This document shows, one piece after another, positions 61,078 through 64,000 of a stretch of DNA of 64,000 nt. Positions within the stretch are counted from its first letter, which is position 1, and each line of letters begins with the position of its first letter. The translations under genes and the position numbers were made by a program. The stretch is from positions 7,688,001 to 7,752,000 of the forward strand of contig CM069145.1 in assembly GCA_035221665.1 (NCBI GenBank), given 5' to 3'. Source of the stretch: Okamejei kenojei (lineage: Eukaryota). Under the pieces are notes generated by a model. It was not told where the DNA came from. It saw only the letters and a program-made list of their open reading frames with translations, and did no database searches.

Positions 61078-62924
61078 CATCAAATGGTTTGATGTCAGTT
61101 GGCTCCATTTTTGTTTTCATTATTTTGAAAATTCTTTCATAAATTCAGGTAGAATTATTATTCTTTTTTTAAGATTGCAGAATCTAATGGGTTTTTAATT
61201 GGGTCAAGGAATATTATTCATTAATAGTTTGTTTGAGGCTGGATCTCCTTTGAGTCTAGTATTTTTGTTTGACGTAGATGCACTTAATTTTATTGTTTTA
61301 AGTTTTTTTTTAAAGATTCCAGTCATGGTGTCCAGGGGAGGTGTTGAGTGCAAATCAAGAGCTTCCTTGCAGAGGAGAGACCGGATCCATTATAGAATAT
61401 CCCATGTCTCCTGTGTATCTTTTAAAAGCTTTATTGCCTGCTCGCCTTTCCTACTGGACAGTGCGAGTGGCAGAGGGGAAACCAGAAACAAAATTCGGGA
61501 AGAGACACAATACTACACATGTTGGAATCTGCAGCATCATAAAATTCTGCTGGAGGAACTCAGCAAGTCGGGCAGCATCTGCAGGGGGAAATGGACAACA
61601 CAAAATGCCCAACTGGTCATTTCCCATGACAGATGCTGCCTTGACCTGCTGTGCACCTCCAGCACCTTGTTTATTGCAAAGTAATTTTGAACGTGGAGAG
61701 GAATTAATAAAAAAAATGTTCCCTGTATTTTTCCCCTGAATTCTCTCATTTGCATTCAGCTGGGAGGGCATAATAGTTTGCAAGATGTGCGTAGGTCACC
61801 ATATTTACTGCTGCTTAGGGATACATTCCATCTCTCCTACAGTAATATGTGTGTCTGTACATACAGTAGTTGCCTTGTTGGTTATTCACTACAAGTTACC
61901 TAATTGACTACCCTGATATGCTGCTGCTTTAATGCACTTGCCAAAATTATTTAATCGAGTTACTGCTGTGTCTTCAGTAATCTTGATTGAACTTGTATAT
62001 AAAGGTTACATTAAAATATATACGATATTATCTAATCTTTAAAAGTCACTCTTTACTGTAGAAAGCATTAAGGCAGATAGCTTGGATCAAGAATCTGTGC
62101 TTGATGCTCTATTTATAAAAGGATAAAAATATCCTTTCCAGTGATCATGCGTTCAAGTGGGATTTTTTGCTTAGTTATGTTGAATATAATGGTTTGTGTT
62201 ACATTTATTTTTTCTGGTTTAGAGTTGGGACAAGGAGGCATAAAGATTAGAGCTAGACCTTTCAGAAGTTAAGAGACACTTCCAAACACACATGGTAGTA
62301 GAAGTTTAGAAAGCTGAACTGCCAGCAACAACCAATCCTGGATCAATTATTACATTTATATCTGCGAGGAATAAAGTCATAGGAATATAGTAAGTGGTCA
62401 CAGAACTCTGGAGATCTTAACGATCCGAAAAAACTGACATGAATGGCTGAATAACAAACACCTGTTCACATTTGTAGGTCAATAAATAACCAGCATTTTA
62501 GAACCTTGTACATTTGTCAAGTTTTATTCTATTGTTAAAAATAATTAAGAATTTTTTGCTTGGATTTGGCTCTTAAAAAACCCCTCCCCCACCTCACTGG
62601 AGATCTTGGTTCTCTAATCCGTAGAATATGTTAACTGCCAACTTGATTTACTGCATCTCTGCCATTGGGCAGTAGCATATTCAAACCCTCTTGCTGGGTA
62701 TCTATCTGGAACAAGATGCTACTTTGGTGATCAATGGAAGCCTAGCTAAGATCCATCTTGTTGACCTTGTGAAAGTAGATGAAATTTGAGACTTGGAAGG
62801 ATATTCATCTATTTTTAAGCTCTTTTCTAAAATTATCTATTTTTCAATGGAGAAAACAAGATGTATATCTTGTGGATAAAGTATCAATTTGAATTGATTA
62901 ATTTTAATAATTGTTTGTGAAAGC

Positions 62925-63210
62925 GTTTACTTCAGGGATGCAGCTTGGAACAGGCACTTTAGGCCACTGCGTCCATGCCAACTACAATCACCTGCATACA
63001 AGTTCTATCCTACACACTAGGAAGAGTTTACAGAAGCCAATTAACCTGCATGTCTTTGGAATGTGGAAGGAAACCGGAGCATCCGGAGAAAACCCACGCA
63101 GTCACAGGGAGAACATGCAAACTCTATACTGACAACACCCGTAGTCAGGATCGAACCTGGGTCTCTGGCGCTGTGAGGCTGCAACTCGACCTCTGCGCCA
63201 CCGTGCTGCC
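62925..63210 (-). mobile_element. tRNA-derived V-SINE
   Basis: - strand GGCAGCACGGTGGCGCAG..CCAGGTTCGATCC gives A and B boxes, followed by a V-domain. Confidence 0.85.
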
Positions 63211-64000
63211 CGTACGTCCACCAATTGTCCAACAGAATTTTCATATCTCTCTAGTTTCTCACTTAAAATGGTGCTGGGGGTAAATACTTTAAATCTTAAA
63301 GCTCAGAATAAATTTGGAAATGGCTGTGAGGGCCTGATACATTTCCGTAATGTTCCAAATGCTTGTCAGTAAAATTTGCCTTTGGTAGCTTGATTGAAAT
63401 ACTGAAAACTACTGCAACAAACTACTGTTTATGGAACCTGACACTGCAGTGAATGTGACTATTAAAACTGGTGCAAAGGAAAGTAAAACTGGTGCAGTGG
63501 AAAGGAAAGGAGCAGCATTTTTTTCCTCTCTTAATTAATTGTTAACTCATCAATTTTACCCAAGTGTCTGCAATAAATGTAGGAGCGAGTTTTTAAATAG
63601 CTTCTAATATTACATGTAGTGGGTGGACTTAAAAGCGAGGAATTTTGATGTGGAAATGTCAATAGTTTATTGCATTTTTCACATGAAAGGGGAAACAGTT
63701 TGCTTAACATTGTAAAGTTGAGTTTCTATTTTATAATTTTCGAACAGATTTACAAGCACACATGCTGTCTGTGCTTTTTTGTCTGCAGTTCTTTATTATT
63801 TTGGTGTAAATATTATGCCATTAAGCTTCCAAAGGCCATATTAATTAATTAACATGTTTTGATATTAATATTTATCTAACAGTTAGTTGGATTTGAGAGC
63901 TTCATAAAGTGTGCATAAATGTCATGAAAGATGAATATATTATTTTTCCTTTCAAGAAGTTTGTTACAAAGGTCCCTTCCTTGAATATCATCTTCAGATC

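Overview
Vertebrate nuclear DNA, probably from a cartilaginous fish (skate or ray). That assignment is inferred from the V-SINE/CR1/Penelope repeat complement. A CpG island at ~9.6-10.35 kb is a bidirectional promoter. The - strand carries the first coding exon of MARCHF5, so 1-9708 is its intron 1. The + strand carries the 5' half of CPEB3: a large prion-like/polyQ exon (ends 13111), exon 34413-34572 with an alternative donor 69 nt upstream, a 60-nt exon (42809-42868) and a 24-nt microexon (60679-60702). The RRM exons lie beyond the window. The introns are full of CR1, L2, L1, Rex, V-SINE, Harbinger, hAT-like, Helitron-like and Penelope elements. Main observations: (1) an in-frame CPEB2/CPEB4-like N-terminal extension (MGDYRF...) reads through the splice acceptor of the canonical CPEB3 start exon; (2) short Penelope-derived elements, often palindromic and TSD-flanked, carry minimal hammerhead ribozymes, and the four intact cores all lie sense to the host pre-mRNA, three of them in CPEB3, whose mammalian ortholog hosts an unrelated HDV-like intronic ribozyme; (3) the 8-aa microexon has a ~190-nt inverted-repeat element just downstream. 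Homology calls come from recalled protein sequences and motifs; no searches were run.
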